Virus record (IMG/VR): IMGVR_UViG_3300021594_000641
Coordinates: 64,001 to 128,000 of that record
Strand: one strand, 5' to 3'
Origin: a virus
DNA: 64,000 bases
How positions within the stretch are numbered: the first letter of the stretch is position 1; each line of letters starts with the position of its first letter. The notes beneath the pieces are model-generated. The model had not been told where the DNA came from, made no database searches, and saw only the letters and a list, made by a program, of their open reading frames with translations. A program made the translations under genes and the position numbers. Shown here in pieces: positions 18,531 through 27,006 of the stretch.

Positions 18531-21410
18531 TCAATCGGCTGTATCTGACAGGTCTGCGCTGAACCCTTCGTCAGGGAATGGCTCAACAGTCTTTTGCTTG
18601 AGGAACAAGACCACATCCCCTACGGCTTCAAAAGCATTCCTGAGAGATTCTTCCAACTCAGGCATGTCTTTCTTTCCGTAGCGATCTTGCATCTCGTCTC
18701 CGTGCCAGTAGAAGGAGAACATAATTCTGCCAATTCTGTCCAGGCCCTTCATCAGATCACCGAGGTGCTGATCTATCATGCTATCACTTCTTACGTTTTT
18801 AAGAAGTGAACCCATCATAGCAGTATCAAACACTTCTTTTTGCCCAGACTGTGCGGCGTTGTAGCCGATAGCCATAGTCTTGGGGTCAGGAAGCCTTGGG
18901 TCATAAAGCTGTTCGTTACCAACCAGCTGGCTGGAAGACGGCATGACAGGCAGAGCTTCTTGCTGGGGATACAGCGACTGAACGCTGCCCAACATTGTCT
19001 GCTCTAGGCCTGAAGGAGGAGAGGGGAAAGGAGGAACGCTGGTTGTTCCGCCCATTCTTGGATCGATAGGATCTCCAGGAGCAGCTTCCTTTACTAAGGT
19101 TTCAAGCCACTCAGGAGGAGATACCACAAAGTCCACAGACTTTTTGGCAGCCGCCTTTTCAATTATGGCTCTTGCCTGCTTTTCCCTTAGAGACCAGTCG
19201 CGAACAAGGTGAATGACTGCTGTCTTTGGTGTAAGCCTTACGTCATTAACAAGAACTTCCGTTCCGTTATGCTTGACGTTAAGAGAAGCTGTCTTTTCGT
19301 AGATGGCCTTCTGAAGGTCAAGAAGATTGCCATAGGCTACTGGAGACTTCTCGCTACGGTCAGCGTGATGGTCTCCAGGCTCTTCTAGCTTGATTACCTT
19401 AAAGCCCTCAGGAACATAAACTTCGTTGTTCATGTTCCTGAGCCGACCGCCGGTCTTATTGGTCAGGTGTAGGATGGATGAGCATCCGCAACCCCAGCCA
19501 ATATTGTGACCGTCGCGTCCATAACCCCAATAGCTGTCCTTGTTTCCTTCCATCTTTGGAAGATAGCCAGGACGATCTGTTGAGGCGTAGTCCATAAAGT
19601 GGACTTTGAAAGAAGCGCCAGCGTCGTCTTCTTCAAGTTTCTCCACAACCCTGAAAGGAAGCGTTCCTTCCCTTCCATGGCAGAAGATTATGTAGCAGCC
19701 GTCTTCCTTTAGGGCAGATGGCTTGGCTTCTGGAAGACTTTCGCACAATTTAACGCAATCGTCTTCCTGAGTCTCTCTTTCACGAGACCAGAGATGACCA
19801 GCGTGAATGTTTGTCCATGACTTCTTTTCATCGTCTAGGTCTACGATGGTAGCAAAGTTGGCTGTTCCCTTAGGACCTACTGGTCCGTGGATAACCAAAG
19901 ACTTGCAGAAAGAAGATGGGCGGCAAAGTATGTCATAAACGCCAGTTTGAGGAGGATTGGTTAGCTTCAGAGGCGTTTGAACCTCGTAAGCTATTCCGGT
20001 CTCTGGCCTTTCGTCACGGATCGAGAATCCTTCAGACAAGATTTTTTCTTTTTCCTTGTCAGTAGGCTCAAAAGCCACACCGCGCTGCACCACGGTCTTC
20101 ATAGTAAGTACAGCTACAGTGCCTGCCTTCTTGGTCATGTCGCCATTCTTGGCTTCAAGAACTCCCTTGCCGGCAGTTGGAGACTTCTGCTTTGGCTTCT
20201 TTTTCTTATCGATACTTTCCATCATTTCCTGGAAAGGACCTTTCTTGGCTGCTCCTTCCTTGTAGTATTCGTCGTCATCGTCTCTACGACGCCTTTTGGA
20301 AGTAAGCGCGTTGTAAAGAGCGTAAGCTCCGCCTAGGCCTAGACCTACGGCTGGAATTCTAAATCCTTGAGGTATGTAGTTCAGACCTGGGATAACTCCA
20401 GCGTAATCTTCTACAGCGTTGTAGCCAGATACGATAGGGTCGTACCAGTTTTCTTGTTTTTTTGCGGGCGGCGGAGGAGCAACTTTTGGCTCTTCAGCCT
20501 TTGGCTGATTAACTGCCTTAGGTTGTTTTGGTCCAGTCAATGGGTTAGCGACAGAGCTAGTTAAAGCTCCTAGAGGGCCTGCGGAGCTAGCTCCTACTAA
20601 GCTGGCAGCCTGATTAGCACGCGCCTTATTGACTGCATCTATAGAAACAAGTCCAGTATTGTTTGAATGATCGGCGGCTTCCTTGACAGCTTCTTTTAGC
20701 TCGCTGCTTTTATAAAACTTGCCGATAGAGTCCATGATGGCTGGATACTTTTCCATGCCGTCTAGAAGGGCCAGTACCGTTTCTTTTCCGGCAGCCTTCA
20801 AAAAGCCAGGCAAGTCTTTTATACCTTCGTACTTGCTGTCATTCAGAGGATTGCTGGTGGCAAAATGGGCAAAAGCAATCTTTCCGTCCAACATGCTTCC
20901 ACGATTGTCAGAAGCAAACTTGGCTGGAGGCCTTGAAAATGCCTGCAGGTCTGGAGATAGAACGCCTAGAGCCTGAAGGTTTCTGTTTGTCTCGCTGCCA
21001 AGGCTCATAGGCTTGCGGCGAAGAATATAGTTCAGCCAGTTTTCCTTTAGAGGAACGAACTGATCCTGATCTTTGATATACAGAAGCTCCGTTCCCTTTA
21101 GATCGCCGTTTAGAAAGAAGACTGGGCAGTATAGCCACTGAGAACCAATCTTAAATCCAAATACGCCAACGGCTTTAGTGTTGTCGTCATTTCTGTCCAT
21201 CAGCTGGAAGCCAACTTCGTAATCAAGCAACGAAGGTGCTTTGTCCTTGATGAACGCATGAGCCAAGTTGCTAAAAGCTTGCTCAAACTGCGTATCGTTA
21301 CCGTCGCCGCCAAGAGCTGCAGACTTTTCGCTGCCCCAACCGGCAAGGTATTCGCGCATTAGTGAACGGCATTCTTTTAGATGCTGTAGAGTCTTGCTAG
21401 ACATCGACAT
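18531..21410 (-). CDS. Large putative internal head protein
   Basis: 959 aa; globular-looking ends with K-x-A sites at apparent domain borders (EKSAA, VKEAA, TKKAG, EKTAS, VKEAA). Confidence 0.65.
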   Translation of the reverse strand: MSMSSKTLQHLKECRSLMREYLAGWGSEKSAALGGDGNDTQFEQAFSNLAHAFIKDKAPSLLDYEVGFQLMDRNDDNTKAVGVFGFKIGSQWLYCPVFFLNGDLKGTELLYIKDQDQFVPLKENWLNYILRRKPMSLGSETNRNLQALGVLSPDLQAFSRPPAKFASDNRGSMLDGKIAFAHFATSNPLNDSKYEGIKDLPGFLKAAGKETVLALLDGMEKYPAIMDSIGKFYKSSELKEAVKEAADHSNNTGLVSIDAVNKARANQAASLVGASSAGPLGALTSSVANPLTGPKQPKAVNQPKAEEPKVAPPPPAKKQENWYDPIVSGYNAVEDYAGVIPGLNYIPQGFRIPAVGLGLGGAYALYNALTSKRRRRDDDDEYYKEGAAKKGPFQEMMESIDKKKKPKQKSPTAGKGVLEAKNGDMTKKAGTVAVLTMKTVVQRGVAFEPTDKEKEKILSEGFSIRDERPETGIAYEVQTPLKLTNPPQTGVYDILCRPSSFCKSLVIHGPVGPKGTANFATIVDLDDEKKSWTNIHAGHLWSRERETQEDDCVKLCESLPEAKPSALKEDGCYIIFCHGREGTLPFRVVEKLEEDDAGASFKVHFMDYASTDRPGYLPKMEGNKDSYWGYGRDGHNIGWGCGCSSILHLTNKTGGRLRNMNNEVYVPEGFKVIKLEEPGDHHADRSEKSPVAYGNLLDLQKAIYEKTASLNVKHNGTEVLVNDVRLTPKTAVIHLVRDWSLREKQARAIIEKAAAKKSVDFVVSPPEWLETLVKEAAPGDPIDPRMGGTTSVPPFPSPPSGLEQTMLGSVQSLYPQQEALPVMPSSSQLVGNEQLYDPRLPDPKTMAIGYNAAQSGQKEVFDTAMMGSLLKNVRSDSMIDQHLGDLMKGLDRIGRIMFSFYWHGDEMQDRYGKKDMPELEESLRNAFEAVGDVVLFLKQKTVEPFPDEGFSADLSDTAD

Positions 21411-21439
21411 GAGACACCTCTCTGGCTGCTGCTATCGAA

Positions 21440-21468
21440 ATTATGTCACGTTGTCTAAAATGAATCAA
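21440..21468 (-). promoter_or_regulatory. Putative promoter TTGATT-N17-CATAAT
   Basis: Sigma70-like spacing, 30 nt upstream of the 959-aa gene; shares the CATAAT element. Confidence 0.45.
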
Positions 21469-21476
21469 TTACAATG

Positions 21477-22007
21477 CTATTTACCAGGCTTTTGGCCGTG
21501 CCACCAGTTGCTAATATAACCTTTGGCTTGATTGAAGGCTGGTTGAACATAGTTGTTAGCAATGTATTTATTAGTCATATCTGTTTTAATTTTGTTAAAT
21601 TGACCACTTATATTGTTAGCTAAGTTTTCATAAGCTGGACCGCCTAAAGACTTAGCGTCTTCTCCGCCTCTAAGCGCCAGATTAGCTAAAGCTCCAACTC
21701 CAGCCAAGCCTCCAACAGAACCTACAGCTTTAAATATTGGAGAACCTAGACTAGCTACCAACCCGTAGGCATTTTCTGGATTCATGTAATTACTCAAAGC
21801 CCAAGGAGGTGTTCCTGGAGGCGGAGTATACTTTGGCTGAGCTGGCTGTTGCGGCTGAGCTGGAGCCGCCGGAGCTGTAGGCTTTTGAATTGGTTTAGCT
21901 GTTTGATTTGCAGCGTCCAGCATTGGATTGCCGCCAGCTGGTTGCTGTAAGGCAGACTTTACAAAGCTAATTGCAGCCTTTTGAGCTAATAGCTGTGCTA
22001 TCCGCAT
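21477..22007 (-). CDS. Putative internal head protein with Pro/Gln-rich linker and Gly-rich helix
   Basis: 176 aa; AQKAA, VKSAL, then GSVGGLAGVGALANLA. Confidence 0.6.
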   Translation of the reverse strand: MRIAQLLAQKAAISFVKSALQQPAGGNPMLDAANQTAKPIQKPTAPAAPAQPQQPAQPKYTPPPGTPPWALSNYMNPENAYGLVASLGSPIFKAVGSVGGLAGVGALANLALRGGEDAKSLGGPAYENLANNISGQFNKIKTDMTNKYIANNYVQPAFNQAKGYISNWWHGQKPGK

Positions 22008-22015
22008 GTCTCACC

Positions 22016-23506
22016 TTAAGAATGATGGCTTCCAACTTGTTTTAGGATTTCTCTGAACTTGTTGTTCAGGTCTTCCTTTTCTCTAGCTATTCCTTCTATT
22101 ATCTCATCGCCAGTTCTATATTTTTTAGCTCCAAGCATTTTAGAGAAGAAGCTGGGCTCTTCAGCCTGACTTATATACTTTTGTATAATAACGTCTTTCA
22201 GCTCTTCAGGTAAACCTACGTGAGAATCGAACCTTAGGCCTCTTCCTTTAGCCTGTTGAGTTCTCGACTCATGGAAGTGAGGGTCAAGTATTTGTATAAG
22301 ACTGGTGCCCTTGGTGCTTAAACCTTCTGCTCCAGCGGGACCAATCAATAAAGCTCTTAATTTACCAGCGTTGTAAGCATCTACGGCTTTCTTACGCTCT
22401 CTTTCCTTTACTCCTCCATGGAAAAACCCGTAAGGAATTTTCTCTTTGGCTAGAGCCGCAGCGTATGGGTCTAATCCTGCGCCTATATAGTTAGAGTATA
22501 TCAAAGCTTTTTTACGCTTATCTTCTTGTAGAACTTGTTTTAAGTTTTTTAAAGCTTCAGTCAACTTACCTGACTGCTGGAAAGACTTTATAAGATTCTT
22601 GTCTGCTCTAAACGGCGAAGTAGACAGACCTACTTGTCTAAGACCTGTCATGAAGCTGTTCAGCCTCTTTGACTCTTCTGCAGATAGGGGAAACTCTCTG
22701 TCTAGTTTCCATAAAAACTTAAGAGGAATCTTTTCCCTGATAGCGCTTTGAATTCTTTGCTGTTCTTGAGTTAGAGGAACTTTTATTAGCTGCTCGTTTA
22801 TGCTGACGCCTTCTGGAAGCTTTCCTGGCTGGTAATCAACTTTATTTTCAAGAAGCTTACGAAGTATGTGTTCGTTTCTTATTGTTTCTCTTTCGCCTGG
22901 CATGATGCCTCTAAGTTTGGCGAAGAAACCTGGGTCTACTCTTTTCTTTCGTATAAAAGCTTTGTTGAAATCTTCAGGATCTATCTTGAAACCGGTAAGC
23001 ATTGATAGCGGAGTAGCCAAATCAGATGGTTCGTTGACTATTGGAGACCCAGACAAGAGCATCAGCTGATTGGCTCTATTAGCGGCTCTGGCTATAGCCT
23101 CAGTTGCGGCTGAAGTTGGGCTTCTGAGCCTATGCGCTTCATCTACGATTATTGTTTTAGGAGGCTGTTTGAACTTTTTGCCTAAAGCCGCGCCTGTGTA
23201 AGAGAGTATTTCAGGCTCGCTACCGGTGGTGAATCTGTCTACTTCTTTCTGGAAGTTTTCTCTTAGGCTTGCTGGGGCTATTACGCCGTAATCGTCACCG
23301 AATTTCTTTTTGGCGGCTTCGGCTGCAAGTATTGAAGCTAAAGTTTTGCCGGTTCCTAAGCCGTGGTAGACCAACATCTTAGGACTTTTTGTAACTAATT
23401 TCTTAGCGACTCTAAGCTGATGAGCCTGAGGAATTACCTCAGGCTTCATCTCCGCGCTCTTCCCAATCTCTGAGAAGAGCGCTATTAGCTTGGAGTATTG
23501 ATTCAT
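22016..23506 (-). CDS. SNF2/SF2 helicase-like ATPase, D6/D11-like signature
   Basis: Motif I LVYHGLGTGKT, motif II IIVDEAHR, motif III LLSGSPIVN, motifs V-VI AGAEGLSTKG..ILDPHF..SRTQQAKGRGLRFDSH. Confidence 0.85.
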   Translation of the reverse strand: MNQYSKLIALFSEIGKSAEMKPEVIPQAHQLRVAKKLVTKSPKMLVYHGLGTGKTLASILAAEAAKKKFGDDYGVIAPASLRENFQKEVDRFTTGSEPEILSYTGAALGKKFKQPPKTIIVDEAHRLRSPTSAATEAIARAANRANQLMLLSGSPIVNEPSDLATPLSMLTGFKIDPEDFNKAFIRKKRVDPGFFAKLRGIMPGERETIRNEHILRKLLENKVDYQPGKLPEGVSINEQLIKVPLTQEQQRIQSAIREKIPLKFLWKLDREFPLSAEESKRLNSFMTGLRQVGLSTSPFRADKNLIKSFQQSGKLTEALKNLKQVLQEDKRKKALIYSNYIGAGLDPYAAALAKEKIPYGFFHGGVKERERKKAVDAYNAGKLRALLIGPAGAEGLSTKGTSLIQILDPHFHESRTQQAKGRGLRFDSHVGLPEELKDVIIQKYISQAEEPSFFSKMLGAKKYRTGDEIIEGIAREKEDLNNKFREILKQVGSHHS

Positions 23507-23512
23507 CTGTGA

Positions 23513-24445
23513 TTACTTCTTCTTTGGAAGATTGTCCATCACATCGATCTTGGAATAAGGCTTCTTTGAGCTCTTATCCTTGTAGTTCATACCCTCTGAC
23601 CCGCAAGAAGAAGCGGCTTGCTTGAGGGTGTTGAGCATCCTTATTACTCTGTACTTCCTGTCTAGGCTTTCTTTTACGCTAGCCGTAGTTGTTTTAAACT
23701 CAGACTTTCCACTTTCAGTGTTTTTAGTCTGAGCCTTTGAAGTATCTTCTTTAGGCTTGGCTGCTTCAGGCTTGGGAGCTTCAGCCGCAGGTGGTTTAGC
23801 TGGAGAAGAAACATCTCCTCCGGCTATTGCGTTACCTACGTTTGTACCCCTACGCTTTACTTCTTTAAAATTAGCTTTTGCGTTATCTAAAGCTTTAGAC
23901 CCAAGTTCTTGAATTTTGCTCAATCCCTGAGTTGCTAATTCTTTTCCTTTTCCGTAGCTGGAATCTGCAAACTGCCCTGGAACTCTTGTCGCATAGCCTA
24001 GGTAACCGCCTAAGCCTTTTGCTCCTCGGGCAGCAGCAGCGTGCCTGCTTTTCTGTTGTTCTAGAAGACCTGGTAGCTCAGATATTTGTTCAGGAGAAAG
24101 CCCACCTTGTTCAAGAGCCTCTTGATATTTTTTTAGATCTGCTTCTGTAGGCTCTTGCCCCATCATCGACAATTCTGTGGCTCCGCCTAAAAGGCCCGCG
24201 CCCGCAGTGCCGCCAAGTAGCCCATACAGAAGAGCATTACGTAAACGGTTCTTCTTTGATAGCGCTAGACCGCCTAGACCGCCCAAAGCCAGTCCAGGAA
24301 CGCCGCCAGCAATTGCTGAAGCGACAGTCGGGTCTAGGTTAGAGGTACTTATCTCTTTTGGATCTACTATCGTGGATAGATCTCCTTCGGCAGCCAATTT
24401 CTTTAGTGCGGCGGCTTTCAGGCTAAGCTCTGTCAAATTGCTCAT
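23513..24445 (-). CDS. Putative internal head protein with glycine-zipper hairpin
   Basis: 310 aa; LKAAALKKLAAE leader; GGVPGLALGGLGGLALSKKNRLRNALLYGLLGG. Confidence 0.6.
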   Translation of the reverse strand: MSNLTELSLKAAALKKLAAEGDLSTIVDPKEISTSNLDPTVASAIAGGVPGLALGGLGGLALSKKNRLRNALLYGLLGGTAGAGLLGGATELSMMGQEPTEADLKKYQEALEQGGLSPEQISELPGLLEQQKSRHAAAARGAKGLGGYLGYATRVPGQFADSSYGKGKELATQGLSKIQELGSKALDNAKANFKEVKRRGTNVGNAIAGGDVSSPAKPPAAEAPKPEAAKPKEDTSKAQTKNTESGKSEFKTTTASVKESLDRKYRVIRMLNTLKQAASSCGSEGMNYKDKSSKKPYSKIDVMDNLPKKK

Positions 24446-24495
24446 GATACACCTCGGTGTGGGTCTTGAAATAAATACTATCGTAACTGTTACCT

Positions 24496-27006
24496 TTATG
24501 CTAGCTCTTCGTCAGCATCTTCCTTTTTCTTACGCCTATCTTCTTTTAACTTAGTTAAATAGTCATATAGCTTATATATACCGTAAGCACCGCCGCCAAG
24601 AGCGGCTGTTGCGCCCAAGCCTTGAACCCATGGAGCAACCTTGTGAGAAGTGGCAGTAATATTGCCAGGCTGCTCAAGAGCCTTGACTATACCCATGTAC
24701 AAAGGCCCGATTGTCGCAGGGTTAACCCCCTGGTGAGGCTGAGCAGCTGACATGGCGTGAGCAGCGGCAGCCGTTGTCGGATCTTTTGTCAGAGCTTCGT
24801 AAATAAGCTTGGATTGTTCCCTGTCTGGAGTTGGATGGGCTTTCTGTACATCCTGCACTATCTGATGCATCCTGCTCATGGTGTCCACGACGCCCTGACG
24901 CCCAGATCCGTATCCTAGAAGCCTTTGCATAGCTGCGTTTTGCTTTGAGGCGGCTTCTGGAGTAGCGGCTGACTGCGCAAAAGCCGATTCTATGTCTTGT
25001 CTTTCTGCATCCGAAAGACTGGCTTTGCGCTTGCTGATCAAATCAAACAGTTTTTCAGCTGTGGCTTTGCTCTGAAGCCTGTTGTACTTGGTATCTTTTG
25101 AGAAGAATCGCATGGGGTTGGCGTGAGCCAAGTATCCGCCGAGTGTAGCTTCTTCTTCTGGCTTGTCTGTGCTCTTTAGCTCTGCCTGCGGAGCTATGAT
25201 GCCGGTAAGTTCTTCAATCCAGTCTTTCTTGTACTTATCCTCAGGCGAAATATTCTTATCAAAGTCAGGCTGGGGATAAGTAGGCTTTCTATTCATGCCA
25301 GCTCGAGATTTAATCTCTACTGTGGCTATTCTTTTGATCAAGTCTTCAAGAGGGTTAACTCCTTCTACAGTTTGCTGCATAAAAGCTGAAGACGGGTCTT
25401 TAGCGTAATAGTTGTAGTGAGAATAATGCCCGCCTTCTGGCTGAGGAACTCCTTCTCTTGTCTCTAGCTTGGGCTGTCCGTGAGTTTGAACTCCCTGAGC
25501 GCGTAGAGCTTCAAGAATATTCTTTCTCTGAGTGTTCAGCTCTGCGCTGCCTGGCTTGTTTACATCTTTGAACAAAGGTTCAAGAAAAGCGGAGGCAGCT
25601 TCTGGAGTTATGCCCCTAGCCTTAGCTAGTTCTTGTACAGCAAAGTCTTTCTTTGTTTCTATATCCCGGAATCTTTCGTCAAAATCTCTTCTACCTAGAT
25701 AGTTGGTGCCAGGAATTCTCTCCCATTCACCTTTTGAGTTCTTTCTGTACTCTGATCCCTCTGTTCCTGGCCTTGGAGGAGGTCCTCCAACATTCATAAG
25801 CGGCCCAACCCAGTTTTCATTACGCGGGCTACGCATCCAGTTCATTATGTCTAAGGCTTTTGTGTTGCCATAAGCTATTGTCGGCAATAGGTTATTGGCT
25901 TCTCTGATATATGCAAGCTGGGCTGTAAGCTTGTCTGGTGCGCTGAACAAATCTTTTACAGCTTCTGATCCGGCTCCAAACCCTTTTGTTCTACCTGGGT
26001 TTAAATCCCTAAGTTTGAAATTAGGCATTACCTGTATGGCGTCTTGCTTAGCATCATGCTCTCTTTTCATTCTCTCTATGACAGCTTTCTCTTCTGGCGT
26101 AGCTCCGCCTCTTAGAGAGCTTGAAAGAATGCCAAACCATCCTGGTCTTTCATCTTTTGGTAGGTTTCCGCGCAACTCGGCTCTAGCAGAAGCCAAGTCT
26201 ATCTGATTCTGAACGTCCTCAAGGGTCAGATTCCCTAGTTGCCTGAGTTTCGTACCGCCGTATATTCCAGCGGCACCAGCACCACCTAGCAGGGCAGATC
26301 CCAGCAAACCGGCAGTCGGAAATGAGGCTGTCGAGGGTCTTTTCTTTTTTTTAGCGGTCCTGCTGGGTGATTGCCCAATGTCGAGGTACTCTTTACCTTC
26401 TGCATCTTCAAATTGAAGATTTTCTAGCTCTTCACGATTTGCCTGATTAGCCAACAAATCATTTGCTTCTGCATTAAGTTGCCAGTTTTCAAGCTCATTA
26501 AGTCTATTTTTATTTAAATCAGGCAGCTCCGCCTTTTTCTCTGACTCTCTAGTTACTTTCTTCCAGTTCTTTGCTGTTGGGTATCCTTTCTCTCCAGGCT
26601 TTGCTGGAGCTTCTCCACGCTCTTTCTTGGCGTGAATGTTTGCCCAGAGGCCTGGTTTTCCGCCTGCTTCTTTCTGATTTTCTGTCTCAGCTCGCTTACT
26701 AAGAGACTGTAGTATCTCGGCTAGTTTTTCATGAGCGCTGCCACACTTCCATTTACGAAGAGACTTGTTTATTCGGCTATCTGGGTCGTTTGCCGTAGCT
26801 TTTGAAGTTAGCTTGGACTTCATGCCTTTCATTCTGGCGCAGAAGCTATCTTTTCTTGGACCTCCTTCTGGCTGAGGCCTTTTTATGTCATGGCCTTGGG
26901 CTTTTAGGCTCTTACGGCCTTTCTCGTTCAGACCGCCTTCTGGGTTCTTGCCTTCAGAACGCTGCCAAGCTGGTGATGCGGACTTTTCTGTATCTTCAAG
27001 GCTCAT
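24496..27006 (-). CDS. Modular putative internal head protein with a DUF6321-like N-terminal module
   Basis: 836 aa; AWQRSEGKNPEGGLN...SFCARMKGM...DPDSRINKSLRKWKC, then GLWANIHAKK module; two Gly-rich hydrophobic helices. Confidence 0.65.
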   Translation of the reverse strand: MSLEDTEKSASPAWQRSEGKNPEGGLNEKGRKSLKAQGHDIKRPQPEGGPRKDSFCARMKGMKSKLTSKATANDPDSRINKSLRKWKCGSAHEKLAEILQSLSKRAETENQKEAGGKPGLWANIHAKKERGEAPAKPGEKGYPTAKNWKKVTRESEKKAELPDLNKNRLNELENWQLNAEANDLLANQANREELENLQFEDAEGKEYLDIGQSPSRTAKKKKRPSTASFPTAGLLGSALLGGAGAAGIYGGTKLRQLGNLTLEDVQNQIDLASARAELRGNLPKDERPGWFGILSSSLRGGATPEEKAVIERMKREHDAKQDAIQVMPNFKLRDLNPGRTKGFGAGSEAVKDLFSAPDKLTAQLAYIREANNLLPTIAYGNTKALDIMNWMRSPRNENWVGPLMNVGGPPPRPGTEGSEYRKNSKGEWERIPGTNYLGRRDFDERFRDIETKKDFAVQELAKARGITPEAASAFLEPLFKDVNKPGSAELNTQRKNILEALRAQGVQTHGQPKLETREGVPQPEGGHYSHYNYYAKDPSSAFMQQTVEGVNPLEDLIKRIATVEIKSRAGMNRKPTYPQPDFDKNISPEDKYKKDWIEELTGIIAPQAELKSTDKPEEEATLGGYLAHANPMRFFSKDTKYNRLQSKATAEKLFDLISKRKASLSDAERQDIESAFAQSAATPEAASKQNAAMQRLLGYGSGRQGVVDTMSRMHQIVQDVQKAHPTPDREQSKLIYEALTKDPTTAAAAHAMSAAQPHQGVNPATIGPLYMGIVKALEQPGNITATSHKVAPWVQGLGATAALGGGAYGIYKLYDYLTKLKEDRRKKKEDADEELA

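Noticed and set aside
18531-21410. Portal or tape measure assignment for the 959-aa protein
   Set aside because: No portal motifs or long periodic helical repeats were recognisable; left as an unknown head protein
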